A DNA stretch of 64,000 nucleotides from Nitrospirota bacterium. Lineage in GTDB: Bacteria; Nitrospirota; Thermodesulfovibrionia; Thermodesulfovibrionales; Dissulfurispiraceae. Where the stretch lies: positions 61,174-125,173 of the forward strand of contig JBFLWF010000004.1 in NCBI GenBank assembly GCA_040758355.1, read 5' to 3'. Made by a program: the position numbers and the translations under genes. Of this stretch, positions 28,751 to 38,445 are shown in pieces. The notes beneath the pieces were generated by a model. It worked only from the letters and a program-made list of their open reading frames with translations, was not told where the DNA came from and searched no databases. The first letter of the stretch is position 1. The number at the start of each line of letters is the position of its first letter.

Positions 28751-29016
28751 AAAAGAAAATAGCGGTAATTGTGAGGGAAAGACAGTCCGAGGCTTTGCGC
28801 ATGGGCATAGGACTTTCAGTGCTAAATGATGTGGATATATACATATTTGACAGAAAACTTGAAGCATCCGATGATATTTCATTAAACCTCGAAATGATCA
28901 AAGAAATGAGATTGTGCCTCTATACAAATACTGCTTTAAATGAAGGTATAGAGTATATTCCAACAGAAGATATTGCGAAAAGACTTCTAAAATATGATAA
29001 TATTTTGCCGTATTAA
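28738..29016 (+). CDS. DsrF/TusC-like small protein
   Basis: KKIAVIV...SEALRMGIGL...YDNILPY, DsrEFH-fold pattern; operonic with the DsrE-like gene. Confidence 0.6.
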   Translation: MSHEQKKIAVIVRERQSEALRMGIGLSVLNDVDIYIFDRKLEASDDISLNLEMIKEMRLCLYTNTALNEGIEYIPTEDIAKRLLKYDNILPY

Positions 29017-29018
29017 TA

Positions 29019-29186
29019 ATGAAAATACTTCATATATTAAAGACAGAACCCGAAGACAGCGTTAAGAAGATAATCGAAGAACATAGAAAAGGCAATGATG
29101 TGGAAGTCCTTAGCATGAATGAAAATAAAAATTACGACCTGATTGTAGAGTTTATAGAGAAGGCAGACAAGGTCATGGTCTGGTAA
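29019..29186 (+). CDS. DsrH/TusB-like miniprotein (55 aa, absent from the ORF track)
   Basis: MKILHILK...NYDLIVEFIEKADKVMVW*; starts 2 nt after the upstream stop. Confidence 0.75.
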   Translation: MKILHILKTEPEDSVKKIIEEHRKGNDVEVLSMNENKNYDLIVEFIEKADKVMVW

Positions 29187-29228
29187 AACAAGCCTTTGGC
29201 TTGTCAATAAACAATACAGGAGGTTTAA

Positions 29229-30326
29229 ATGGAGGGGATACCACAGGCAAGCATTATGGTCTTGCTCAGCGGTGTGCTGGTAGGCGTTTTGCTCGGTTTT
29301 GTGCTTCAACGCGGCAGGTATTGAATGAACTCAGCGTTCAGAGACGTGATCTTTGTAAACGATATAACATTGCTGAGGGCATGGCTTCTGGCATTGGTAA
29401 TTTCTATTATCGGTGCTAACTTTATTGAGGACATTGGACTTATGGGTGCTGACGGCTTAAGGCGTCAGGCATTTGCCCCTGTTGCAGCCATTGTTGGCGG
29501 CTATATCTTCGGTCTCGGAATAGTGAGGGCAGGCGGATGCGGCAGCGGCGTTCTGTACAAACAGGGTGAAGGGCAATTTGCTGCATTTGTTGCTGCACTC
29601 GGTTTTGGTGCAGGGCTTATAGCGACAATGCATGGCCCGCTTAAGCCTGTAATGAAGTTTTTGAAAAGCTATAAGATGTCTGTAGGTACGGATGCGGATG
29701 GCGAACCAATAATGAGCCCTGCATTATGGGATATATTTGGAGGCGGAAATATCAAGTGGATAGTTATTGCTGTGATTGCAGCGATAATAATTCCCATTGT
29801 GCTTAAGGGCAGGCCGTTTGCAAAAGGACCCAAGAAGGGATGGTCATGGTCATTGGGTGGGTTTATACTCGGATTTGTCGTCATCTTTGCCTGGTGGACA
29901 TCTTACTATTGGGGTGGGCAGGCAAGGGGACTTTCATTCTCCGGCCCGACATCTGATTTCTTTTTATTTACTCTTATTGGAAACAGTCAGGCGCCCTTTG
30001 ACCCGATGTTCAATATCTTCGGCATAGGCATAGCTACATGGAGCGCACTGTATGTTATAGGTGTTCCGATAGGTGCATACATTAGCTCAAGAGGTCTCGG
30101 TGAATTTAAATTAACTGCTCCAAAGGACCCGAGCGAACTGGTGAGGGTATTTACTGGAGGTATTATCATGGGATTCGGCGGCGCAGTTGCGGGTGGCTGA
30201 ACTGTGGGTCATTCCTTGACAGGTATGTCAAGTCTGGCTTTACAGAGCATAGTCGCTACGGTGTTTATAATCCTCGGCAACTGGACAATGACTTACTTCA
30301 TGTTCATAAAGCCGATGAAGGATTAG
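29229..30326 (+). CDS. YeeE/YedE (TsuA-like) sulfur-compound transporter, predicted selenoprotein with two Sec (U32, U324), 365 aa
   Basis: GGAGG SD + ATG 29229. One frame through TGA 29322-29324 (LQRGRY-U-MNSAFRD) and TGA 30198-30200 (AVAGG-U-TVGHSLTG) to TAG 30324-30326. Both TGAs are at family Cys motifs and are followed by hairpins. Confidence 0.88.
29335..29361 (+). promoter_or_regulatory. Candidate bacterial SECIS for U32
   Basis: CGTT-CAGAGA-[CGTGA]-TCTTTG-TA-AACG; apical loop starts 21 nt after UGA and has G at position 2. Confidence 0.6.
30206..30240 (+). promoter_or_regulatory. Candidate bacterial SECIS for U324
   Basis: Perfect stem CTTGACA-[GGTA]-TGTCAAG (30215-30232) on a lower GGGTCA/TGGCTT stem; loop starts 22 nt after UGA. 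Confidence 0.8.
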
Positions 30327-30436
30327 CGGGCAAGAGGGAAGCGGAAATTCCCCTTTGGGAATCGGTTTCCTGTTTTAGGAAAGAGATTTGTTGTTGAAAA
30401 CTTTAAGTTTGTTGTAAAATTAAGCAAATGCATGCA

Positions 30437-30452
30437 TGGCATGTTAATTGCT
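30437..30452 (+). promoter_or_regulatory. sigma54 -24/-12 promoter
   Basis: TGGCATGTTAATTGCT, near consensus, 30 nt upstream of CDS 30483. Confidence 0.8.
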
Positions 30453-30482
30453 AAAATAAATAACGAAAGGAGGTGAAGTTGG

Positions 30483-30707
30483 ATGAAGAAGGTTTTAGCC
30501 CTGATCGTAGCACTGCTCTTCGTATTCGCTGTCTCAACAGTAGCTTTCGCTGCAGAGAAGGCAGACGCCCCTAAGGCTGAGAAGGCAGACAAGAAGGCAG
30601 ACAAGAAGGCAGACAAGAAGGATAAGAAGGACGAGAAGAAAGACGAGAAGAAGGAAGATAAGAAGGACGCAGCACCAAAGAAGAAGAAAGCAATCGAGGG
30701 CTGCTAA
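30483..30707 (+). CDS. Small secreted Lys/Asp/Glu-rich protein ending in IEGC
   Basis: AGGAGGTG SD, signal peptide (AFA-A), ADKK/DEKK repeats, single terminal Cys; own promoter and terminator. Confidence 0.85.
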   Translation: MKKVLALIVALLFVFAVSTVAFAAEKADAPKAEKADKKADKKADKKDKKDEKKDEKKEDKKDAAPKKKKAIEGC

Positions 30708-30722
30708 TTCAGTTAACAATAA

Positions 30723-30757
30723 AGGGTGGAAGCTGAATGCTTCCACCCTATTTTTTT
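30723..30757 (+). terminator. Rho-independent terminator
   Basis: AGGGTGGAAGC-TGAAT-GCTTCCACCCT followed by A and T7. Confidence 0.9.
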
Positions 30758-30771
30758 GACCAAAAAGAAGA

Positions 30772-31518
30772 ATGAGGAACTGGAAAGACAATATTTATTT
30801 CATTCTTGTTGAACCGAAAGAATCGGGCAATATCGGCGCATCTGCAAGGGCGATAAAGAATATGGGGTTTAAAAACCTCTGTCTTGTAAATCCTCCGTCT
30901 GTTATTACCGACGAGGCAAGGTGGCTTGCGTGCAATGCCCTCGATGTCCTGAATTCTGCAGAGATCTTTAACAGCCTTACAGATGCTGTAAAAGACAAGC
31001 CTATTATCGCAGGGACAAGCCGCAGAAAAGGCCGCCGAAGGGGTGTTTTCCTGAATGTTGAGGAAGGAGCTGGACGGCTTCATGACATTGCCCTGAAGAA
31101 TAAAGTGGCTATCTTATTTGGCAGAGAGGATAGAGGGTTATATAACGAAGAAGTTGAAGAATGCGGATTTCTTATCACAATACCAACCAGCAAGGAGCAG
31201 CCTTCATTGAATTTAGCCCAGGCAGTATTGATTGTCGCATATGAGCTTTCAAAATCAGAATACAGCGTTCAGCAGTCAGCAGTCAGCAGTCAGAAATCAA
31301 AGGCTGAAAGACTCTCAAGTCATAATGAACTAACTGCCTTATATTCAAGGATATCGAAAATATTAAAGCTTCTTGAGTATATTCCTAAAGGCGACAGAAA
31401 CCTTGAAAAGAAGATCATGCAGAACCTGAAGCACTTCATAGGAAGGGCGGGGCTCACTGATTGGGAATTAAAAATGCTGCACGGAATATGCTCGCAGATA
31501 GAAAAGAAGATAAAATAA
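30772..31518 (+). CDS. TrmH/TrmJ (SPOUT) RNA methyltransferase
   Basis: ILVEP...GNIGASARAIKNMG, LFGREDRGL, SLNLAQAV. Confidence 0.92.
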   Translation: MRNWKDNIYFILVEPKESGNIGASARAIKNMGFKNLCLVNPPSVITDEARWLACNALDVLNSAEIFNSLTDAVKDKPIIAGTSRRKGRRRGVFLNVEEGAGRLHDIALKNKVAILFGREDRGLYNEEVEECGFLITIPTSKEQPSLNLAQAVLIVAYELSKSEYSVQQSAVSSQKSKAERLSSHNELTALYSRISKILKLLEYIPKGDRNLEKKIMQNLKHFIGRAGLTDWELKMLHGICSQIEKKIK

Positions 31519-31535
31519 AGGTTGCCCAAGTCAGC

Positions 31536-31702
31536 AAAGCAGGCACGGCTACTAAAGCCTTTATCAATGCGATGAGATTATTTTGCTGCCTGTTTATACT
31601 GCTGAATGCAAAGGGTGATGCTGAATTTGCCCTTAAACAGTGGGAGGGCTCGGCTCTGAGGTATCGCTGATAAAGGCTTCTCACCCATGCCTGCTTTTTT
31701 TT
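31536..31702. ncRNA. Candidate ~165-nt rod-shaped structured RNA or MITE-like element
   Basis: Nested inverted repeats AAAGCAGGCA/TGCCTGCTTT, AAGCCTTTATCA/TGATAAAGGCTT, GCGAT/ATCGC and TGTTTA/TAAACA. Confidence 0.4.
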
Positions 31703-31716
31703 CTGCAGGTGTTTCC

Positions 31717-31941
31717 TTATTTCTGCAGTCTCGGTTTTGCCCCTAATTTATACAGGATGTTTGCCATGAGGCAAAAGCCTGTTAGGGCGAATATAATTAA
31801 GTTTACTCCAACAAGCCCTGTTAAAATCAACCAGTACGGGCTGTGGATAGCTGCCAATATAGCGCTGGATAGGGCAAATATGCCTCCTATGAGCCACGTC
31901 AGCCTCTCCAGATACCAGCTATCGGTTTTTGCGATATACAT
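31717..31941 (-). CDS. DUF2892 (YgaP-like) small membrane protein
   Basis: LERLTWLIGG...VGVNLIIFALTGFCLMANILYKLG; start moved to ATG 31941 (GGAGG SD). Confidence 0.85.
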   Translation of the reverse strand: MYIAKTDSWYLERLTWLIGGIFALSSAILAAIHSPYWLILTGLVGVNLIIFALTGFCLMANILYKLGAKPRLQK

Positions 31942-31960
31942 CTTATGCCTCCTGTTTTTG

Positions 31961-34900
31961 TTATTTAGGGATGAAGGACATTGATTTGCTTTTATATACA
32001 TAATAAAGCACAGGAACCATTGTCCTTGAAAGCAGTGTTGCTGCTACTTCTCCTGCCATCAGCGAAATCGCCATTCCCTGGAATATCGGGTCAAATAGTA
32101 TCACCGATGAGCCCACGACAACTGCAGCAGCAGTAAGTAGCATTGGCCTGAACCTTATTATTCCTGCCTGCACAACCGCCTCTTTGAGCGGCACTCCTTC
32201 CGAGAGCTTCAGCTCTATGAAGTCAACGAGTATGATCGAATTCCTTACAACTATTCCTGCTCCTGCTATGAACCCTATCATCGATGTAGCGGTGAAGAAT
32301 GCCCCCATGATGGCATGTCCCGGAAGTATTCCGACAAGCGAAAGAGGAATAGGGGCCATTATCACAAGGGGGATCATGAATGACTTAAACCATCCAACAA
32401 CCATTACATATATCAAGATCATAACCGCTGCGAATGCTATCCCTAAATCCCTGAATACCTCATATGTGATGTGCCATTCTCCGTCCCACTTCATGGAATA
32501 TTTATCCTCAAGCCATGGTTGTATTGCAGAATATTGTTTTAATCCATATCCTTCGGGAAGCTTTAGTTTTTTGATGGCATCCTTCATCTTCAATATGGCA
32601 TACACAGGGCTTTCTTCAGTCCCTGCAACTTCGCCTGTGACATAGACGACCCTCTTCAGGTTTTTTCTGTAGATTGTCTTATCCTCGATGCCTTCTCTGA
32701 CTTTTACAAGCTCGGCAACGGGAACCTGAATTCCTGATTGTGACAGGACCGTTATTTCCCTTAAATCATTTATGCTCGCCCTCTGGGAAATTGGAGTCCT
32801 CAGATGCAGTTCCACCGGCTCTTTATCCTTCTCGATGTGCGCAAGGCCTGCAGAAGCGCCGTTTAAGACCATATGGAGCGTCTGTGCCACTTTTTCCGTG
32901 TCTATTCCATGATATGCAGCCTTTTCTTTATCGACCTCGAATATGAGCTTCTTCTGGTCATCCTCCACATACCAGTCAACATCAACCACTCCTTTTGTGT
33001 CTTCGAAGACGTTTTTAATCTGTTTTGCAATATCAATCTGCCTGTTGAAATCAGGGCCATAAATTTCTGCAACGAGGGTGCTGAGGACAGGCGGGCCAGG
33101 AGGTATTTCTACAACCTTAATTTTTGCATTGTATTTATCACCTATTTTTTTAATCTCTGGCCTCAGCCTTTTTGCAATTTCATGGCTCTGCGCCTTCCTT
33201 TCATCTTTAGGAACAAAGTTCACCTGAATGTCTGCAACATTGCTCCCTGACCGCATAAAATAGTGCCTCACAAGGCCGTTGAAATTAAAAGGCGCTGCTG
33301 TGCCTGCATATACCTGATAGTTTGTGACCTCAGGCACTGTCTTTAGATATTCTCCTATCTCCCTCGATAATGCAGCACTCTTTTCGAGGGTTGTGCCTTC
33401 CGGCATATCGATGATCACCTGAAGCTCGCTCTTGTTGTCGAATGGAAGCATCTTTACAGTGACGAGTTTAAGGGGAACAAGCATGAATGCAGCTCCCAGT
33501 AAAAGCATGACAATGCCTAAAAATAGCGTTCTCTTTTTTCCGTTTTCAAGAAGTCCTCTGAGATTTCTTTCATAAGCTCTGTTAAGAGCAGCAATTATCT
33601 TGTTTTCTTTTTCTTTGCTGACTGCTGACTGCTGACTGCTGACTGCTGACTTGCGGAGCACTATATAGCTCAGCCACGGACTGATGATGAATGCAATGAG
33701 CAATGAAAGGAGCATTGCTGCCGATGCGCCAACCGGGATGGGGCGCATGTAAGGCCCCATCAGCCCTGAGACGAATGCCATTGGAAGGAGAGCTGCAATA
33801 ACCGTAAATGTGGCGAGTATCGTGGGATTGCCCACCTCATCCACGGCAGATACCGCTGTTTCGGTATCGACCTTTCCCATCTTGAAATGGCGGTGTATGT
33901 TTTCCACAACAACAATGGCATCGTCGACAAGGATACCGATAGAAAATATGAGTGCAAAGAGAGTGACCCTGTTTAAGGTATATCCGTACATGTAGTTCAC
34001 GAGTATTGTAAGTGCAAGTGTTACAGGCACTGCCACGCCTACAACTATTGATTCCCTCCAGCCCAGTGCAAGGGCTATGAGGATTGTTACGGAGATGGCG
34101 GCAATGAACATATGCTCGAGGAGTTCATCCGACTTTTCCTTTGCAGTGTCTCCATAGTTTCTCGTGGGTGTTATCTCGATGCCGGATGGTATGACATTGC
34201 CCTTGATTGCCTCTATCTTTTTTAATGCCCTTTCTGCAATGTGTGTGGCGTTTGTGCCTTTCTTTTTTGCTATGGCGATGGTTACTGCTTCATATGTGCC
34301 TGTCCCCGGGGGGTTCGCGGGGGAGATTCCATCTCCCCCGCGTTTAGCAGGGCCAAATCCCATGAATACATAGTTCGCAGGCTCTTCAGGGCCGTCGGTT
34401 ATTTTTGCCACTTCCCTCAGATATACAGGCTTTCCATTGAATACACTCACAACCACATTCCCAACTTCCTGTGCGTCCTTGAGAAATCCGCCTGTCTCAA
34501 CGAGTAATTCTTTATTTGATGAAGGGAATGCACCTGATGGCAGGACAAAGTTTGCCTTCTGGAGAATATCTGTTATCTGTAAAGGAGAGACATTGTATGC
34601 CCTCAGCCGTGAAGGCTCTAAATTTATCCTTACCTGTCTTTTCTGCCCTCCGATTATGTTGAATTCGGCTATATCACTGTCTTTTTTTAATTCATCAGCG
34701 ACCTCAACCGCGACCCTTCTTAATTCATAGCCTGTATACCTGTCGCTCCAGAGGGTGAATGAGAGAATCGGGACATCATCTATGGATTTCGGTTTTACAA
34801 GGGGCTGCGACACTCCATGCGGAATCTTATCGAGATTAGACCATAATTTGTTATAAAGATTGACAAGACTCTTCTCCATATCTTCGCCCACATAAAACCT

Positions 34901-35197
34901 CACAATGGCCATGCTCATGCCCGGCTTTGATATGGAATAGACATACTCAACGCCCTTTATCTCCCAGAGGAGTTTTTCCATGGGTTTTGTAACCCTTTCC
35001 TCAACCTCTTTTGCTGATGCCCCCGGATAGGAGACAAAGACATCTATCATTGGCACTACTATCTGAGGCTCTTCTTCCCTCGGAGTTACTATTACAGCGA
35101 ATACGCCGAGTATGAGTGAAGCTATGACTATGAGTGGCGTGAGCTTTGACTTTATAAATGCCTTTGCAATCTTGCCTGCTGTGCCTATTACTTCCAT
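31961..35197 (-). CDS. RND efflux permease (AcrB/AcrD/AcrF family)
   Basis: [41 protein letters not shown]. Confidence 0.95.
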   Translation of the reverse strand: MEVIGTAGKIAKAFIKSKLTPLIVIASLILGVFAVIVTPREEEPQIVVPMIDVFVSYPGASAKEVEERVTKPMEKLLWEIKGVEYVYSISKPGMSMAIVRFYVGEDMEKSLVNLYNKLWSNLDKIPHGVSQPLVKPKSIDDVPILSFTLWSDRYTGYELRRVAVEVADELKKDSDIAEFNIIGGQKRQVRINLEPSRLRAYNVSPLQITDILQKANFVLPSGAFPSSNKELLVETGGFLKDAQEVGNVVVSVFNGKPVYLREVAKITDGPEEPANYVFMGFGPAKRGGDGISPANPPGTGTYEAVTIAIAKKKGTNATHIAERALKKIEAIKGNVIPSGIEITPTRNYGDTAKEKSDELLEHMFIAAISVTILIALALGWRESIVVGVAVPVTLALTILVNYMYGYTLNRVTLFALIFSIGILVDDAIVVVENIHRHFKMGKVDTETAVSAVDEVGNPTILATFTVIAALLPMAFVSGLMGPYMRPIPVGASAAMLLSLLIAFIISPWLSYIVLRKSAVSSQQSAVSKEKENKIIAALNRAYERNLRGLLENGKKRTLFLGIVMLLLGAAFMLVPLKLVTVKMLPFDNKSELQVIIDMPEGTTLEKSAALSREIGEYLKTVPEVTNYQVYAGTAAPFNFNGLVRHYFMRSGSNVADIQVNFVPKDERKAQSHEIAKRLRPEIKKIGDKYNAKIKVVEIPPGPPVLSTLVAEIYGPDFNRQIDIAKQIKNVFEDTKGVVDVDWYVEDDQKKLIFEVDKEKAAYHGIDTEKVAQTLHMVLNGASAGLAHIEKDKEPVELHLRTPISQRASINDLREITVLSQSGIQVPVAELVKVREGIEDKTIYRKNLKRVVYVTGEVAGTEESPVYAILKMKDAIKKLKLPEGYGLKQYSAIQPWLEDKYSMKWDGEWHITYEVFRDLGIAFAAVMILIYVMVVGWFKSFMIPLVIMAPIPLSLVGILPGHAIMGAFFTATSMIGFIAGAGIVVRNSIILVDFIELKLSEGVPLKEAVVQAGIIRFRPMLLTAAAVVVGSSVILFDPIFQGMAISLMAGEVAATLLSRTMVPVLYYVYKSKSMSFIPK

Positions 35198-36288
35198 TAT
35201 TTAATGATTCCTCCGTCTACAGCCTTTTCAATCCCATCGACGATTATTTTTTCTCCGCCGCTCAATCCTGATAAAACCTCTATCTGTTCGCCGTATTTCT
35301 TTCCTGCCTTTATCAGGCGGTATGTTATGACTCCTTGTTTATCCACAACATAAACCCCAACAAGCTGTCCCTTTTCGACAATTGCTTTTTGAGGAGCGAG
35401 TATCGACTCTTTTTTGCCTTCGGGGATGAGAACCTTTCCGTAAATTCCTGTTTTTAATGAAGGCATTTTCAGATCAACCTTAATGAGAAATGTCCTTGAC
35501 ATAGGGTCAACTGCAGGGATGATCTCTGATATCCTGCCCTTTGTTTCCTGCCCTATGGAGTCAATGATCACATCAACGGGCATTCCTATTTTAAGTTTTC
35601 CTGAAAGCCTCTCATCAACATTCGCCTCTATCCTGAAATACGAGTTGTCTTCCACGGTTAAAATCGGTATGCCGGGAACAGCCATGCTGCCCAGTTCTAT
35701 TTTTTTCTCTGTTACGACCCCTGATGTGGGTGCAGTTATTCTCGTAAATCCATGATGTACCTGTGCCTCTGCAAGCATTGCCCTTGACTTTTCGTATTCC
35801 ATATCAGCGACCTTTTTCTGGGTCTCTATCTGGTCTATCTCCTGCTGCGAAATGGCCTTTTCGTCATGAAGCTTTTTATATCTCTGGTACGTTATATCCG
35901 ATAAAGACTTATTCTGTTTTGCAGCCTCAACAGCCTTCTCTGCTGCCCTGACCCTTTGTGCGACATCCCTGTCATCTATGGTCATGAGCACCTGTCCGGC
36001 ATGAACTCTGTCGCCTTCTTTCACTTTTACCGATGTAACAGTTCCCATTACCCTGCTTGCTATGACGCTTATAGTCTTTGCCCTGACCGTGCCCGATGTT
36101 TCGTAGTATTCATCGACCTGCACAGGGTGTATTTCTGTCATGGTTACTCCTGTTACTGCCTGCCTCTTTACCTCTGCAGTGCCGGGTTTGACCTTGTCAT
36201 TGCAGCTATGCATCAAAAACAGAGCAGCTAAAAATATTATGGATAAAAGCCCTTTCATGGTAGATATCCTCCAGACTTTATTGTTCAA
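35197..36288 (-). CDS. RND periplasmic adaptor (MFP)
   Basis: Lipoprotein-like N-terminus, lipoyl half-motifs ([16 protein letters not shown]), VDPMSRTF. Confidence 0.95.
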   Translation of the reverse strand: MNNKVWRISTMKGLLSIIFLAALFLMHSCNDKVKPGTAEVKRQAVTGVTMTEIHPVQVDEYYETSGTVRAKTISVIASRVMGTVTSVKVKEGDRVHAGQVLMTIDDRDVAQRVRAAEKAVEAAKQNKSLSDITYQRYKKLHDEKAISQQEIDQIETQKKVADMEYEKSRAMLAEAQVHHGFTRITAPTSGVVTEKKIELGSMAVPGIPILTVEDNSYFRIEANVDERLSGKLKIGMPVDVIIDSIGQETKGRISEIIPAVDPMSRTFLIKVDLKMPSLKTGIYGKVLIPEGKKESILAPQKAIVEKGQLVGVYVVDKQGVITYRLIKAGKKYGEQIEVLSGLSGGEKIIVDGIEKAVDGGIIK

Positions 36289-37669
36289 TTTTTAAATCCC
36301 TTAGAATTGTCCCGCTTTCATAACTCAGATTGACCACTGCAATCCTGTATTCGTTCTCCTTTGCCACGAGGTTTGCCCTTGCGTGGTCAAGGCTTACCTG
36401 CGCATCCATTAAATCTACAATAGGCGATAATGCATTCTCGTATCTTATTTTCACAAGTCTTTTGCCCTCTTCTGCGGTCTTTAATGCAGCCTTTGACAAT
36501 TCAACATTTTTCCTTGCCTCTTCTGCACCGAGATACGCCTCATAAACCTTGAACGCAACTGCCTTTTTTAGTCCGTTGAGATATTCTTCCGTCTCTGCCG
36601 CTTTATATTTTGCCTTCGACCTTTCATATTCTCTCTTTGTGCCGTCAAACAATTCCCATCGAAGAAACGCCATGAGCTGCCAACTGTCGCCTTCCGAGCC
36701 AAACGGCCTTTTGTGGTCATTGAGCTGGTATGTACCGCCTATGCCTATGGATGGAAGATAGCCCGATTCTGCGATCTTTATGCTGTTTCTGGCATTCTGA
36801 TGCCGGAGTTCGAGGGACTTGATATCCTTTCGTGACAGGGATGCATTGGTGTAATAATCGATGCCCATTGCTGTGAATTCTGGGTTTTCATCGATTGAGT
36901 CAACAGATTCCATGATGCCTAAAAGCAGCCCCAGCGCCCTTTTTGCGACATTGAGATTTTTCTGCGCACTCACGAGCCTTTGCTCTGCATCTGTAACAGA
37001 TGTGGATGCCCTGAGGGTATCGGAATAAAGACCTAAGCCTGCCTTGTATCTCAGTTCGGCTATCCTCAGGTGCTCTTTTGCATCCTCCACAGCCTTTCCT
37101 GCAACCGTAACATGCTCCTTTGCCGTATGAACCATCAGGTATGTCTGAACAACCCTGAAGGTTATTTCTTCCTTCTTCCTTATAAATTCCTCGCCCTTTG
37201 CAGAGAATTCATTTTTCGATATGTCGAGTCCGATATTTGCCTTTCTTACAAATAAAGGCTGTTCAAATGAAAGGGATGTCTGGAAATCGTTTATCGGTTT
37301 TGGGTCATTTAACGATGTTATTGCAAAATCGGACTGTGCAAAGCGTTCCTGATTAAGTTTTGCCATAAAAGAATATGTCGGACTGTTTGTCCTCATGTAT
37401 CTTTCCTCGAATGTTATCTTCGGAAGCAGGAAGCTCCGCGCAACCCCTATATCTTCTTTCTGCGCAGAGAGGGAATTTTTAAAGGCCAGCACCTCATGGT
37501 TGTTCTCAAGTGCGGTTCTGATTGCATCCGGAAGGGAGACCTGTTTTTCAGAAGCAAAGACAACAGAAGGCGATAGGCAATAGGCGATAGGTAATAGAAA
37601 CAGACAAAAAACAAAAACCCTCTGCCAGTAACCTATAGCCCATTGCCTATAGCCTATTGCCTTAAACAT
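36278..37669 (-). CDS. TolC family outer-membrane protein
   Basis: Two OEP repeats; operonic with MFP and RND genes. Confidence 0.93.
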   Translation of the reverse strand: MFKAIGYRQWAIGYWQRVFVFCLFLLPIAYCLSPSVVFASEKQVSLPDAIRTALENNHEVLAFKNSLSAQKEDIGVARSFLLPKITFEERYMRTNSPTYSFMAKLNQERFAQSDFAITSLNDPKPINDFQTSLSFEQPLFVRKANIGLDISKNEFSAKGEEFIRKKEEITFRVVQTYLMVHTAKEHVTVAGKAVEDAKEHLRIAELRYKAGLGLYSDTLRASTSVTDAEQRLVSAQKNLNVAKRALGLLLGIMESVDSIDENPEFTAMGIDYYTNASLSRKDIKSLELRHQNARNSIKIAESGYLPSIGIGGTYQLNDHKRPFGSEGDSWQLMAFLRWELFDGTKREYERSKAKYKAAETEEYLNGLKKAVAFKVYEAYLGAEEARKNVELSKAALKTAEEGKRLVKIRYENALSPIVDLMDAQVSLDHARANLVAKENEYRIAVVNLSYESGTILRDLKIEQ

Positions 37670-38081
37670 AACGCCCTCCGCTTTTCTTTTTCATTTTTTG
37701 CTTCATGAATGCCTTGAATGTCTCCATATCGCATTTACCTGTCCTCTTCTGGAAATCTTCGCATTCCGTCAGAGACTTGATATCCTTCAGTAAAACCCTA
37801 TCATCTTTTAAAAGCTCTTTCAATACTGATAAAACGAGCATGTTTTCTTTGGTGAGATTTTTCTTGATTCTGTAAAACATGAGTTTTCCATCCCTTCTTC
37901 CTGCAAGAAATCCTGCCTTTGCAAGGAGGGAGAGGTTTCTCGATATGAGCGGCTGCGACATATTCAACACGCCCATTATCTGGCATACGCATAACTCCCT
38001 TTTTTCGAGGAGCATGAGTATCCTGAGCCTTGATTCATCGGATAGGAGCTTGAATATTTCCGTGATTTCTTTCATAAACAT
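37662..38081 (-). CDS. ArsR/SmtB family transcriptional regulator
   Basis: FKLLSDESRLRIL...ELCVCQI...SQPLISRNL; extra C-terminal Cys residues. Confidence 0.93.
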   Translation of the reverse strand: MFMKEITEIFKLLSDESRLRILMLLEKRELCVCQIMGVLNMSQPLISRNLSLLAKAGFLAGRRDGKLMFYRIKKNLTKENMLVLSVLKELLKDDRVLLKDIKSLTECEDFQKRTGKCDMETFKAFMKQKMKKKSGGRYV

Positions 38082-38214
38082 ATTTATATATGATTATATG
38101 AAAATTTGTCAAGAAAAAAAATTATTGCATCGCTCAATAAAAAACAAAGCTATTTCAAAATGCATCAATTAAGAAACGGTTGTAAGCCCAAGCATCTAAA
38201 GTTTAAATTTGAAG

Positions 38215-38243
38215 TTGACAATATCAGGCAACAGAAGTAAAAT
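38215..38243 (+). promoter_or_regulatory. sigma70 promoter of the first multiheme cytochrome
   Basis: TTGACA-N17-TAAAAT. Confidence 0.75.
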
Positions 38244-38445
38244 TCTTTAGGAAAATAATGACAGGCAAGGCTTTGTCTGTATTATTCGAGGGGGATAGCA
38301 AAAAATTAAATCGCCTTGGTTGGAAATTAAGTTCCCGATTAGATTCAATATTTGGGAACCGAAACAGGGGGAGGTGATGCATATCGATAAGCCGCACTGG
38401 AGGGGTTCAGTCAAGTAAGTCCAAGAATTTCAAAAAGGAGGGTTT

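Noticed and set aside
38250..38370. Known riboswitch (e.g. c-di-GMP) in the cytochrome leader
   Set aside because: Hairpins are present, but I could not match the conserved motifs of any riboswitch class.
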